Shown here piece by piece: positions 1 through 9,026 of a DNA stretch of 64,000 nt. The notes beneath the pieces were generated by a model. That model searched no databases. It was not told where the DNA came from and was given only the letters and a program-made list of their open reading frames with translations. Positions within the stretch are counted from its first letter, which is position 1. The number at the start of each line of letters is the position of its first letter. Origin of the DNA: an uncultured Nitrososphaerota archaeon (GTDB lineage Archaea > Thermoproteota > Nitrososphaeria > Conexivisphaerales > DTJL01); contig CAWJIE010000005.1 in assembly GCA_963842885.1 (NCBI GenBank), positions 461,927-525,926 of the forward strand, in the 5' to 3' direction. A program made the position numbers and the translations under genes.

Positions 1-360
1 AGTAGAGACCAAGATGACGTGAGCGGTCTTCTCCATTACTATCCTAGCTAGTTCGACGGGGTGGGGGACGTCTCGGACGCACCCGACTCCGCCAGCGAGC
101 AGCCTCTCACCGTCCATGATCCCCGCATCTAGCTCGATGTAACCTTCATAGTTAAGCGCGGCTCCCCTTCCAGCGTTAAGGACGCCCGAATCCTCCATCA
201 CCCTGACGGCGGCGACGACAGCATCGACAGCACTGCCCTTCCTGAGGGTCGAAGCCCCGGTCTCCGCCGCGTCTTCAAGAACCTTCCTGGCTTCTAGTGC
301 AGCTCCTTCGTTCAAAGTCCAACGGCCGGCACCCCCTTGAACCACCATTTTGCCGTTCAA
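1..360 (-). CDS. iaaA: Isoaspartyl peptidase/L-asparaginase (Ntn-hydrolase), N-terminal part; runs off the window edge
   Basis: Manual translation: MNGKMVVQGGAG...SAVDAVVAAVRVMEDSGVLNAGRGAALNYEGYIELDAGIMDG...HPVELARIVMEKTAHVILV, typical type-2 asparaginase motifs. Not in the ORF track because it is truncated. Confidence 0.9.
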   Translation of the reverse strand, partial: MNGKMVVQGGAGRWTLNEGAALEARKVLEDAAETGASTLRKGSAVDAVVAAVRVMEDSGVLNAGRGAALNYEGYIELDAGIMDGERLLAGGVGCVRDVPHPVELARIVMEKTAHVILVST

Positions 361-442
361 GTTTCTGCAGAACTCCAGGCGGAGGCTCCAAGCTACCTCT
401 TCTTAAAAGCATGGGGGAAGATGGAGGAGGACTCCGACCGGT

Positions 443-610
443 CTACTTCCGCCTGAGTCCCTGCCGGATGATCTCCTCGATAAGTCGGCTTCTGTTAGCG
501 GTGACCAGCTGGCCAGCCCTGACCTGGTCCGCCTGATGGCGACGAACGAGCTTGTCAAGATCCTGCAGAAGGTCTTCAGACAGGGTGATAGTCACCTTGG
601 ATTTCTTCAT
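443..610 (-). CDS. Ribbon-helix-helix (CopG/MetJ-like) small DNA-binding protein, 55 aa
   Basis: MKKSKVTITLSEDLLQDLDKLV...NRSRLIEEII: alternating beta strand plus two helices with the xRS signature; likely ATG at 610. Confidence 0.75.
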   Translation of the reverse strand: MKKSKVTITLSEDLLQDLDKLVRRHQADQVRAGQLVTANRSRLIEEIIRQGLRRK

Positions 611-621
611 AACATAAGATG

Positions 622-637
622 GTATGATAGTATGATA
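622..637. promoter_or_regulatory. Tandem GTATGATA x2, putative operator of the RHH gene
   Basis: Exact 8-bp tandem repeat 12-27 bp upstream of the RHH start codon. Confidence 0.4.
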
Positions 638-815
638 TAGCCTTTGTGCAAATAGACCATGATGTCCCGATACAACAAGATGACGGTCATGGCCGCTCAG
701 GCAGGCCGTCGTCGGCGAGTTGCCTAGCATGTCGATTGGGTCCGAGTTGCACGTCCAAGCTAATGCGCTGCAGATATCGAACAAGATATCGTGTAAGATA
801 GAGCCTAGGACCAAG

Positions 816-1157
816 CTATGCGTTTTCCTGTTCGATGCCGGCCGAGTCGCCATAGCCGCATCCGCAGGCCATCGTGTTCGTGAGCACGAAGTGCTTGTCT
901 TCGCCCTCTATAACAAGGTCGATCTCCGCTTGTTCAAGGACCTCCGCGGTCCGCTTGTCTGTCGGGACAAAGACATCTCTTCCGTTGAAGATCAAGTCAC
1001 CTCCGGGGACTTTGTCGACTAGGAACATGCAAAGTGCTAGGTTTACTTGGTCCGCCTGTTGCATGGAGAAACAGATTGCCTCGTACTTGCTTTCAGATAG
1101 CATTCCCTTAAATTTGTCTGTTTTTGCTTTATTAAGTGTAATAAGTGTAATACTTAC
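816..1157 (-). CDS. HesB/IscA-like (A-type Fe-S carrier fold) protein with an eroded N-terminus
   Basis: C-terminal ...DKRTAEVLEQAEIDL...FVLTNTMACGCG resembles IscA/HesB. The frame stays open upstream of the ATG at 1103 (VSITLITLNKAKTDKFKGM), resembling the ITLT..A..K N-terminus. Confidence 0.55.
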   Translation of the reverse strand, partial: VSITLITLNKAKTDKFKGMLSESKYEAICFSMQQADQVNLALCMFLVDKVPGGDLIFNGRDVFVPTDKRTAEVLEQAEIDLVIEGEDKHFVLTNTMACGCGYGDSAGIEQENA

Positions 1158-1219
1158 GAAGTTTGAGTTCGATTTGGTTTGATGTTAACTTTGTTTATTT
1201 TTTTGTTCTGTGATATTGT

Positions 1220-1232
1220 GTGCTTCCTAGTG
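1220..1232 (+). repeat. Polar motif GTGCTTCCTAGTG, copy 1
   Basis: Exact 12-mer shared with 2226, 2657 (rc) and 17206 (rc); C-poor tract on its 5' side. Confidence 0.9.
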
Positions 1233-1288
1233 CCCGAACCGAACGTCTCAAATAGCGCCAAAGCTCGCAATTCACCGGCCGAGATGGC

Positions 1289-2119
1289 TTGAGGAGGAAA
1301 ATCCGCGACTACGAAAGAGACCTTTGGGCACTGTTCTGGAGTTATTCCAATAGCGGCGAATTCAGCGAGATCCGGACTTACCTCCTCCAGCGCAGTGGAC
1401 TCCCCGGGCCCAGGGGAAACCTCGAGCTAGCAACTGCCTTCGGGAACGTCATTCAAAGAGGTGTCGTCTCTGGTGCCCTCGATTCCAAGGAACTCCTCTC
1501 GCTCTGTCAGAGCCTGTGCCAGATACCTCCCGCACTGGCACCCACAAACGATCCCAAGGAGTTCTTGGTGCTCTGCGGAACATGCGGGCTGGGAGCCCTC
1601 GGGACCGTGGCAGCAGATTTCCAAGCCGTCGCTTCCAGTCTGAGCTCCTTAGCCGGCGACCTAAGATGGAGAACTAGGGAGGGGGTTGCCATGGCCCTTC
1701 AGCGGATGATCGACGCAAAGCCAAAACAGACCCTAATGCTACTCGCCCAGTGGGTTGAAGTAAATGACCCCCTTCTCCTTCGAGCCGTCGTCGCGGGGGT
1801 GGCGGAGCCGAGGCTCCTCCGCAACGACGATGTAGCCCGGTCCGCCCTCGGGCTTCACCGGAGGATTTTCGAGAGGCTTTCGGAACTTGACCGCGAAGGC
1901 GACGACTTCAAGGCTCTAAGGAAGAGCCTCGGCTACTCTCTGAGCGTAGTCGTGGCTTCTTCGCCTAGGGAGGGCTTTGCTTTGATGAATGAGTTGGCTA
2001 GGAATGAGGATCATGATGTTATCTGGATAGTGAGAGAGAATTTGACGAAAAAGAGACTGGCGAAGTGCTTGGATAATTTGGATACTGTGAAGAAGATACT
2101 TTCAAGTAAGCAGGTTTAG
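1289..2119 (+). CDS. HEAT-repeat protein (DNA-alkylation-repair/AlkD-like alpha-solenoid)
   Basis: 276-aa helical ORF with SGLPGPRGNLELA, DLRWRTREGVAMALQ and DVIWIVRENLTKKRL HEAT-like motifs. Confidence 0.7.
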   Translation: MRRKIRDYERDLWALFWSYSNSGEFSEIRTYLLQRSGLPGPRGNLELATAFGNVIQRGVVSGALDSKELLSLCQSLCQIPPALAPTNDPKEFLVLCGTCGLGALGTVAADFQAVASSLSSLAGDLRWRTREGVAMALQRMIDAKPKQTLMLLAQWVEVNDPLLLRAVVAGVAEPRLLRNDDVARSALGLHRRIFERLSELDREGDDFKALRKSLGYSLSVVVASSPREGFALMNELARNEDHDVIWIVRENLTKKRLAKCLDNLDTVKKILSSKQV

Positions 2120-2225
2120 CCGTTGCATTGTGAAGTGTCTTCTACGTGTCTGGTCTCTTGTATATTGATTCTTTTGTGTTAATTTATTGAATTGGGTTTT
2201 GTTTATAGAGAAGGGTTGGTTGTGT

Positions 2226-2237
2226 GTGCTTCCTAGT
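2226..2237 (+). repeat. Polar motif GTGCTTCCTAGT, copy 2
   Basis: Exact match; only one C in the preceding 65 nt (2161-2225). Confidence 0.9.
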
Positions 2238-2430
2238 AGGAGGCTGGGCAGGGTGGCTCTGAGCTGCCTTGGTGTTGTCCATTAGAAGCGTTCTCGACCC
2301 AGCAGTCTGGGCAATCAAGCTCGGGTATTTGTCAAGCATGCAATGGGGATGCTTTAGGTGTTGAGCGCGATTTAGCCTGTCATCAGGGGGACCCGGTAAT
2401 CGGCGGCGTGCCTACGGGTCATCAGTCGGC

Positions 2431-2661
2431 GTGGACAACTTTATGTATCCAAGAAACGTGGTGTTGTCCGTGCCGCGACAGAATCTGATCAGGTGCCCTA
2501 AGTGCGATAGGCTGGCTTGGAACCCTGATATCGCTATCAGGACCGGTAAGAACCCCGAGAAGAAGTACAGCTACTACAGATACAGGCACCCTCTCGACAG
2601 GCGGACCGGCCGCAACAAAACGTGCTACGTCCCGGTCGTCAAGCCCGACCCCAACCACTAG
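2431..2661 (+). CDS. Small basic CxxC...H...C zinc-binding protein, 76 aa
   Basis: CPKC...YYRYRH...KTCYV; its TAG stop lies inside motif copy 3. Confidence 0.6.
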   Translation: MDNFMYPRNVVLSVPRQNLIRCPKCDRLAWNPDIAIRTGKNPEKKYSYYRYRHPLDRRTGRNKTCYVPVVKPDPNH

Positions 2662-2668
2662 GAAGCAC
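2656..2668 (-). repeat. Polar motif GTGCTTCCTAGTG, copy 3 (reverse orientation)
   Basis: CACTAGGAAGCAC on the + strand, followed by a G-poor tract. Confidence 0.9.
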
Positions 2669-2755
2669 CCCATCAAACCAACAACTGCTCTCAACACTCT
2701 TAACAATAAGAATTCGAATTTACATAAAAAGATTCTCCCTTATCAATATAACGTA

Positions 2756-3172
2756 TCATTTCCCTCGAAACGCATCAGCCTTACGCAACAAAATCTTTAT
2801 GTTTTCATAAATAGTTGCTCTCATAGCCTCTTCCAAGGTCATCCAAACGAAATCCCGGTGTTCATTCGAAATCTTCACGTTGACGCTGTCAGTATAACCC
2901 AGGTAATATCGTACAGATTTATGAACCTTAGCTCCCCCTGGCCGCAAGTAGAAGTAAGTAATTTTCTCCGCGAACCCGTCGACGAGCTTTATGTCAGGGA
3001 GGCCCGTTTCCTCCCTTGCTTCTCGGACCGCCGCGTTCAGCTCCGACTCACCAATTTCGATGTTGCCCTTGGGAAAGTCATACTTCGACTTGTCGTTTCT
3101 CAGCAATAGGTACTTGGTGACTCCATCCTGGGTATGGAAGACTACTACCCCAGCCGAACGCTCTTCGAGCAA
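2756..3172 (-). CDS. Nudix hydrolase, Ap4A hydrolase-like
   Basis: Nudix box PKGNIEIGESELNAAVREAREETGL; SAGVVVF and SNEH motifs. Confidence 0.9.
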   Translation of the reverse strand: MLEERSAGVVVFHTQDGVTKYLLLRNDKSKYDFPKGNIEIGESELNAAVREAREETGLPDIKLVDGFAEKITYFYLRPGGAKVHKSVRYYLGYTDSVNVKISNEHRDFVWMTLEEAMRATIYENIKILLRKADAFRGK

Positions 3173-3288
3173 TGGTCGAACAGCCAGATAGTACCGGAAT
3201 AGAACCTGACGCCGCTTTAAGCATAGTGTACAGGAAACGAAGCGTGGACTCCCCTACCGCCCGTCGTCAAACTCGCTGGATGCCATGC

Positions 3289-4919
3289 TCAGCGCCTCCG
3301 CTTCTTGTCCTTTTTCACCAGTGTTCGATCTTCGCCATCCAGGGGCTTGACGTCGATCCTCATGCCCAGAGACTCCTCGAGGCTCATTATGTTCTCCCCC
3401 TTCCTCCCGATGAGCCTAGGGATGGTCTCCCGGCCCACCCTGACGACGACCTTGTTGCCAGATAGCAGGTCGACTTCTGCGTTGGGGTCGTACTCCTTCA
3501 TCCTCGAAGCTATCTTGTCGAGGGCGAGCTTCTCCACGCCGGACGCCCTTTTCTTGGCGCCCTCGTCTTGGGTGATGGGGACTATCACGTTCTCTTCGCC
3601 GAAGGTGTATATTTCATGCGTGAGCCTCCCCGTTTCAAAGTCCCTGACCTCGACCAGGGGCCTGGCCAGGTCCTCCTCCACCATGCCCGTCGGGGTCCTG
3701 ACGACAAGGTTCAGATCCAGTACGGCTTGGATCTTCCCGGCCTTGACGAAGATGATCGTGTCGATGATGTGAGGTATCATCCCGAGCTCCACGCGTCCAA
3801 TGAAGCGCTGGACTGCGTCGACGGGCCCGCTGGCGTGGACCACCCCCACCATGCCCACCCCCGCCAGCCTCATGTCGGCGAAAACGGTGAAGTCGGAGGT
3901 CTTCCTCACTTCGTCATATATCGTGAAGTCGGGCCGGACGAGCAAGAGGATCTCCGCGGACTTCTCAAACTCGCCCTCCAGGGCGCCATACTGGGTGATA
4001 GCCGGTGGCACCTGAAGGTCCCTCGGGGACTCGAACGTCTTGACGATCTTCCCCTGCCTCATGTAGTACTCCGCGATACTCGAAGCCAATGTGCTCTTGC
4101 CGGACCCAGGGGGCCCTGCGATGATGACGCCTTCGGCCTTGTGGGCGAGCCTCTCCATGAGCTTCTCGGAGAGATTGTAGTCCTCCAGCGTAAGCTTCAC
4201 TATGGGTCGGACGATCGTTATCTCCACACCGTCGCTGAAGGGGGGCCTCGCCACCGCAATCCTGAAGTTCCCCAGCTGAGTAGACGCTGGCCCCGCTCAT
4301 CTTGAGTTCCTGGAAGGCGTCCCTGCTGACCCTGGAGGCCTCATGTATCTCGGTCTCAATCTCCTCCAGCTCCTCCCTGGTGAGGGGCTTCTCCCCTATC
4401 TTCACCAGCTCAAAGGCCCCTGGCCCGCCTCTCTTTGCCATGGGCACGACGTCCTCCTTCAGATGGACGCTGAGGGTCTTGGAGTCGAAATAGCTCTCGA
4501 ACTTCAGGTCCTTGGTCTTTATTGCCGGGCCGGAGATGCTTCACCTTCACTCCCTCGGCCTCGGCCGTCAGATAGAGGACGTAGTCGGCGGTGTAAAGGG
4601 TCCCGTTCACTTCACGGGCGACGTCCCGGATCATCCCGTCAATCCTTCCCTTCTTCGCCAACCTGATGTCGTCGAAGGAGGGCTTGGGACCGTAGAAGTA
4701 GAGCCTGTAGCCCTTTGACTCGCAGAAAAGGCGGATCTTCTTGAGCTCTGCCAGACCTATGAAACCCACGTTCACGTTTCTTGAAGCCTGTGCTTGAAGT
4801 TCGTCGAGGGCGGCGTAAGGGACGCAGACTTCGACGTCCTTTATCTCTCCGCTCTCAAGCGAGCGCCAGAAAATACCATCTATGATGGCGCTCGTATCCA
4901 GTACGGCAGTATCTGTCAT
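3289..4919 (-). CDS. PIN-domain ATPase with KH domain (PINA family); split by two frameshifts (~4500, ~4280)
   Basis: PIN VLDTSAIIDG (4410-4919 frame), middle segment (3965-4447 frame), Walker A GPPGSGKST and DEVR, then KH LIGRKG (3289-4254 frame). Confidence 0.9.
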
Positions 4920-5143
4920 ATGTTTTCTTCAAGTCTGACGTGAAAGTTCTGTGTATAATACCTTTCTGTCCGCTTTAGGACTCTGGTCCTCTTTCAGCCC
5001 CGTTCACTCTTAGGTGTGGCCTGCGGAAGGAGGCAGGCCAGTAAGGTCGTCAGGAGGTACGCCTTGGAATCCGAGAAAGTCATCGAAATGGAGGAATCTG
5101 AAATCAGATTGGCGCTCGAAGCGACATGCATCCTTGCTTGGAA

Positions 5144-6043
5144 CTAGAGGCCGATGATTACGTCCAAGGCTAGCACGCTGAACAGGAGGGCGAGGTAGGG
5201 GCCGGTGAACTTGAACAGGTCCCAGGCCATCTTCTCGGTGGGCTCCTTGATGAGCCAAAGGCTCATAGCCAGAAGAACGATGCTGAGCACCGAACCCACG
5301 ACGGCAGCGGATACACCGAACGGAGAACCCGGGAGGAATGGAAGGATGGCCGTGAACGCGGCAAGGAGGATTGACGTGTACGCTATGCAGCGTATTCCGG
5401 TCTTGACACCGAGGGACACGGGGAGCATGGGTATGTCGGCCCTGCCGTAGTCGTCCTTGAACCTGACGGCGAGGCTCCAGATGTGCACTGGAGTCCACAG
5501 GACCACCAGGGCCGCCAGGACAATCGACGTCCAGTCGACGAACCCTTTGATGGCGACGTACCCCACGAAGGCTGGAATCCCGCCGCTTGGAGCCCCAAGG
5601 ATGATGTTCCAGGCGGTCTTCCTCTTCGTTAGGAGGTTGTAGACAACGATGTTGTCGATGAGTCCCAATCCGAGGTAGACCGGGAGGAGCGCGCCCATGG
5701 GAAATGAGAGGACCAGTCCGGCGACGATGAGCCCACCGCCGTATACCAGAGCGTTTCTGGCCGGCATGGTGTTCCTCGGAAGCGGGCGCTGCTGGGTCCT
5801 GTGCATCAAGGCGTCGATATCCCTGTCAATGAAGTTCGTGACCGAACGGGCGCCGGCTGAGCAGAGTGCCGTCGCAAGGGTGATGGCCACGACCTGCAGG
5901 GGCTTGTTCATTCCACCCGCTACCAGGGCAGACGTCGCCGCAGTGAAGGCGAGCAGGTAGACGATGTTCGGATTTGTGAGCTGTACGTAGTCGCGAATCA
6001 AGCCTTGGCCTCCAGAAGGGTCGTCCCAAGAACTATGTGCCAT
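5144..6043 (-). CDS. cyoE: Protoheme IX farnesyltransferase (heme o synthase)
   Basis: NFIDRDIDALMHRTQQRPLP, WTPVHIWSLA, DDYGRADIPMLPV; likely ATG at 6043. Confidence 0.93.
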   Translation of the reverse strand: MAHSSWDDPSGGQGLIRDYVQLTNPNIVYLLAFTAATSALVAGGMNKPLQVVAITLATALCSAGARSVTNFIDRDIDALMHRTQQRPLPRNTMPARNALVYGGGLIVAGLVLSFPMGALLPVYLGLGLIDNIVVYNLLTKRKTAWNIILGAPSGGIPAFVGYVAIKGFVDWTSIVLAALVVLWTPVHIWSLAVRFKDDYGRADIPMLPVSLGVKTGIRCIAYTSILLAAFTAILPFLPGSPFGVSAAVVGSVLSIVLLAMSLWLIKEPTEKMAWDLFKFTGPYLALLFSVLALDVIIGL

Positions 6044-6484
6044 TCTATATAACAATTGTGAACGACTATGCTCCTGTTCGTCGAGCTTCCGAATCCGAAT
6101 GACTTCCGAGAGGGTATTCCGCGGTCTGGGGAACCATGGTGCATTGCACTTCAAATACGCCGACGCAGCGGGAGATTCCTCCGACTTGGGAAGGGAAAAA
6201 CTATATGGCGACCCCCACTTTCTGTCACTACGGCGATGAAGCGAGCTGGTATTTCTGACCCATGATGAATGACATCAGTGCTGAGCCAATCAACGCCCTC
6301 GTTCCAAAGCATAAATGACACATAGGGAGGATATTTTCGTTTGCGGCTGTTTCAATCAGTGGCATTGGGCCTGATGCTCGCCACATCATTCGGCCTCTTG
6401 TAGGTCCTTACTGCGATGATGGCAATCTCGACGGCTCTCCTCATCACCTATGGGGCACGGATCATCAACCTGTTCTTGGCCTGA

Positions 6485-7561
6485 TTGTGGGATTCACAGG
6501 GTTTTTCTAGGGCGCTGGTTCCCGGACAGGGCAGGAGCGGTGAGGCGAAGCTGAAGGTCGTTCGTCTTTGGTCGAGCCCCGAGCCCGAAAGGCTCATCGG
6601 ACTGGCCATGCGTAGATGCTATACGACGAAGGTCTGGGAGGAGCTGCTGCAGGATGTCCAGACCGCCGGCTATCCAGAGTACCTCACCGAAAGTGCATTC
6701 AGACGGCTTGAGTTCGACGTATACGAGCATGTGAGAATGCTGTTCACCGTCCTCGCTGTCCCATCCGAGATGCTCTCCCTGCTCCAGACGCACCCTCAAG
6801 TCGTCTCCAGCAAGCTCTCCGAAGGTAGCTTCCTCGTCAGCATGAACCTCCGGACTCTTACCGAGATGAGCCGAAAGCTGAACTGCGTCGGTTGGGAGTG
6901 TGGGGAATTCTCGCGGCTCCTCGCCGAAGTCTCCCCCACGGTTTCCGCCTGCTTGAAGTTCGACGGTAAGGAGAGGCGATCCGAAGGCGAGAAGCCAGGC
7001 AGCACTGGCACTTCAGAGGCGGACTTCAGGGTAATCCTTGTTCAGCAGCTGACCCAGGCAGATGTGGGGGAGCTTGCAAGAGCGGACTTGCCACCCAAGG
7101 AGCTGGTCAAACACGCCTTTGCCACGGTCGAGGTGGAAGGGATCTCCAGGGCATGCTCCCATCAGCTGGTTCGCCACAGGCTCTTCAGCTACTCCCAGGA
7201 AAGCCAGCGCTTCTCCGACGCCGTGAACGAGACAGGGGTCCTCCCTCCCAGCCTTTCGGCAGACGACCGGGCTTTGGCCATCTTCAGCCAGCACATGGAG
7301 GCCAGTCGCAGGGCTTACTCAAAGTTGAGAGAACTGGGGATAAAGAAGGAGGACGCCAGGTTCGTCCTTCCGACCGCGCTCAAGACGAAGATATTGATGA
7401 CGGCCTCCCTTTACGAGATACTCCACGCGTCCTTCTACCGCAGCAGCTTCAGCGAGGTAGGTAACAAGGCCCAGTGGGAGATCAACCGGCTATTTACGAG
7501 CCTCTACGCCGAGCTGAGGAGACGGGACCCGGGGCTCCCTGAAAGGATTTCTGAGACGTAA
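6485..7561 (+). CDS. thyX: FAD-dependent thymidylate synthase, extended two-lobe form
   Basis: GISRACSHQLVRHRLFSYSQESQRF, EDARFVLP, AQWEI; true start uncertain. Confidence 0.88.
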   Translation: MWDSQGFSRALVPGQGRSGEAKLKVVRLWSSPEPERLIGLAMRRCYTTKVWEELLQDVQTAGYPEYLTESAFRRLEFDVYEHVRMLFTVLAVPSEMLSLLQTHPQVVSSKLSEGSFLVSMNLRTLTEMSRKLNCVGWECGEFSRLLAEVSPTVSACLKFDGKERRSEGEKPGSTGTSEADFRVILVQQLTQADVGELARADLPPKELVKHAFATVEVEGISRACSHQLVRHRLFSYSQESQRFSDAVNETGVLPPSLSADDRALAIFSQHMEASRRAYSKLRELGIKKEDARFVLPTALKTKILMTASLYEILHASFYRSSFSEVGNKAQWEINRLFTSLYAELRRRDPGLPERISET

Positions 7562-7603
7562 CCACGGAGCTAGTATAGATCAATAGGTGCAAAGGTCAAG
7601 GAT

Positions 7604-7629
7604 TATCTTACTCGATATCGAGTAAGATA
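7604..7629. repeat. Perfect 26-bp palindrome TATCTTACTCGAT|ATCGAGTAAGATA
   Basis: Read directly; lies between convergent thyX and methyltransferase genes. Confidence 0.9.
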
Positions 7630-7767
7630 CGGGTAGAAATTTGGACCGAGAGTGATTTCTCCCAGCTGGTGGACGCAAGCGGGCTCATGATTGTCTTCGG
7701 CAAGGCGTGCCACATCCACAGGTTTTAGTCGCCAGTCAAGAGCCCTCCCGAAGAATGAGCACCAGGC

Positions 7768-8922
7768 TCAGCGACCGCCCAAAGTAAAGGCCACGCCCTC
7801 CACCCACAGGTGGCTGTGAAGGGTCCGGGCCACGCCTTCCTGTCTTATCGCCTTTCGCCCAAGGAGACGCTTCAGCTCGTCGAAGTCCGAAGTCACCACG
7901 ACCGCCCTTCCCCCCTCCTTGAGCACGTTCGGGAGGTTGTCGACGAACCTGGCATAGAGGAGCGCCATCCGGTTCAGCTTGGCACCCCTCACGCCGAAGG
8001 GAGGGTTGGTCACGATGACATCGGCCTTGTGCGGCAGGACGGTCTTCGTGCAGTCGCCGAGGACCACGCTCACATCCCGGAGGCCGGCGGCCTCCAGGTT
8101 CCTCCTGCATCCCTTAAGGTGGACGGAGTTGATCTCAGAGCCCAGTATGGAGCTGAACCCCGGCATCACCGGCTTCGCAGGGGCGGCGGCCTCCTCGGCC
8201 ATCGGGTCGAAGTCAACAAAACCTCTGTACCTATAGTCTCTCTTCCCATGGGTCGGCTGCGACTTGGACATCTGCGCCGCTTCGATGAGGATGGTTCCTC
8301 CTCCACAGAACGGGTCGTAGAGGATCCCTCCCCTGGGTTTGGCCATGAGAAGGAGCGAAGCGGCCAGCGTTGGTCGGATGCCTGAAGGGTGGTTGTACAC
8401 CCTGTATTCCCTGAAGTTCAGAGACTCCCCCGTCGTGTCAGCATAGAGCGAAGCCGTCTCACCCTCGACGCACAGGTACAGGTGGGCGTCGGACCTCCCC
8501 CTTGCCAGCCTCGCGCCGCCCCGCGAACCGAACGCTCTGGGAAGGAAGGATGAAAGCTGGGTGATCCAGCGGGAACGGACCCTGGTGACGAATTCGTCGG
8601 CATCCAACGTGACCCCGGAGACGTGCCCAAGCAGGCCGAAGTCGCATCCGGAAAGGAGCTCGCCGACGACGTCAGCCTCTCGCTGAGGCTGGAGCTGGCG
8701 ATCTGGACCATGACGCGGTCGAAGGTCCTCCCAAATCGGTTCAGAGTGTAGATGAGCTCGAACGGGCCGTTGAGCGTGATGGAGCCGCTGCCCTTCCCCT
8801 CGACACGTTCCACCAAGGGAGACGAGCTCGTCGGCGCAGAACGCTTCGAATCCTTCGTGACAGGAGACTCTGAACCGCAACCTCGGATTGAGCGTCGAAT
8901 CCCTCGTCTTAAAAACTTGCAA
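7768..8922 (-). CDS. THUMP-domain tRNA guanine-N2 methyltransferase (Trm14-like); frameshifted in the N-terminal part
   Basis: DTTGESLNFREYR, DPFCGGGTILIEAA, NPPFG; the THUMP segment IYTLNRFGRTFDRV is in the 8418-8933 frame. Confidence 0.82.
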   Translation of the reverse strand: MQVFKTRDSTLNPRLRFRVSCHEGFEAFCADELVSLGGTCRGEGQRLHHAQRPVRAHLHSEPIWEDLRPRHGPDRQLQPQREADVVGELLSGCDFGLLGHVSGVTLDADEFVTRVRSRWITQLSSFLPRAFGSRGGARLARGRSDAHLYLCVEGETASLYADTTGESLNFREYRVYNHPSGIRPTLAASLLLMAKPRGGILYDPFCGGGTILIEAAQMSKSQPTHGKRDYRYRGFVDFDPMAEEAAAPAKPVMPGFSSILGSEINSVHLKGCRRNLEAAGLRDVSVVLGDCTKTVLPHKADVIVTNPPFGVRGAKLNRMALLYARFVDNLPNVLKEGGRAVVVTSDFDELKRLLGRKAIRQEGVARTLHSHLWVEGVAFTLGGR

Positions 8923-9026
8923 AGGCCGACCACCGCTTCACAGTACTGCTCCAGCGGCCAAGCTCCTCGTTAAGGAGCATCAGCCTTAAATATGGAAATT
9001 ACCACTTCCTGCGCAGGTATTTGCAA

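Noticed and set aside
520-1060. Shared QADQV peptide / TGGTCCGCCTG 11-mer in the RHH and HesB-like genes
   Set aside because: Too short, with no extended similarity; probably chance
2120-2225. T-rich tract as an ordinary archaeal terminator
   Set aside because: It may also terminate transcription, but the bias extends about 140 nt into coding codons and occurs at copy 1 on the non-coding strand at a gene's 5' end
2226-2668. Classical MITE/IS with 12-bp terminal inverted repeats
   Set aside because: No target-site duplication or transposase; the same motif occurs singly at 1220 and 17206, and the compositional anomaly lies outside the repeats
1220-2668. CRISPR array built from the motif
   Set aside because: The repeat is only 12-16 bp, spacing is 430-1000 bp, orientations are mixed and no cas genes are present
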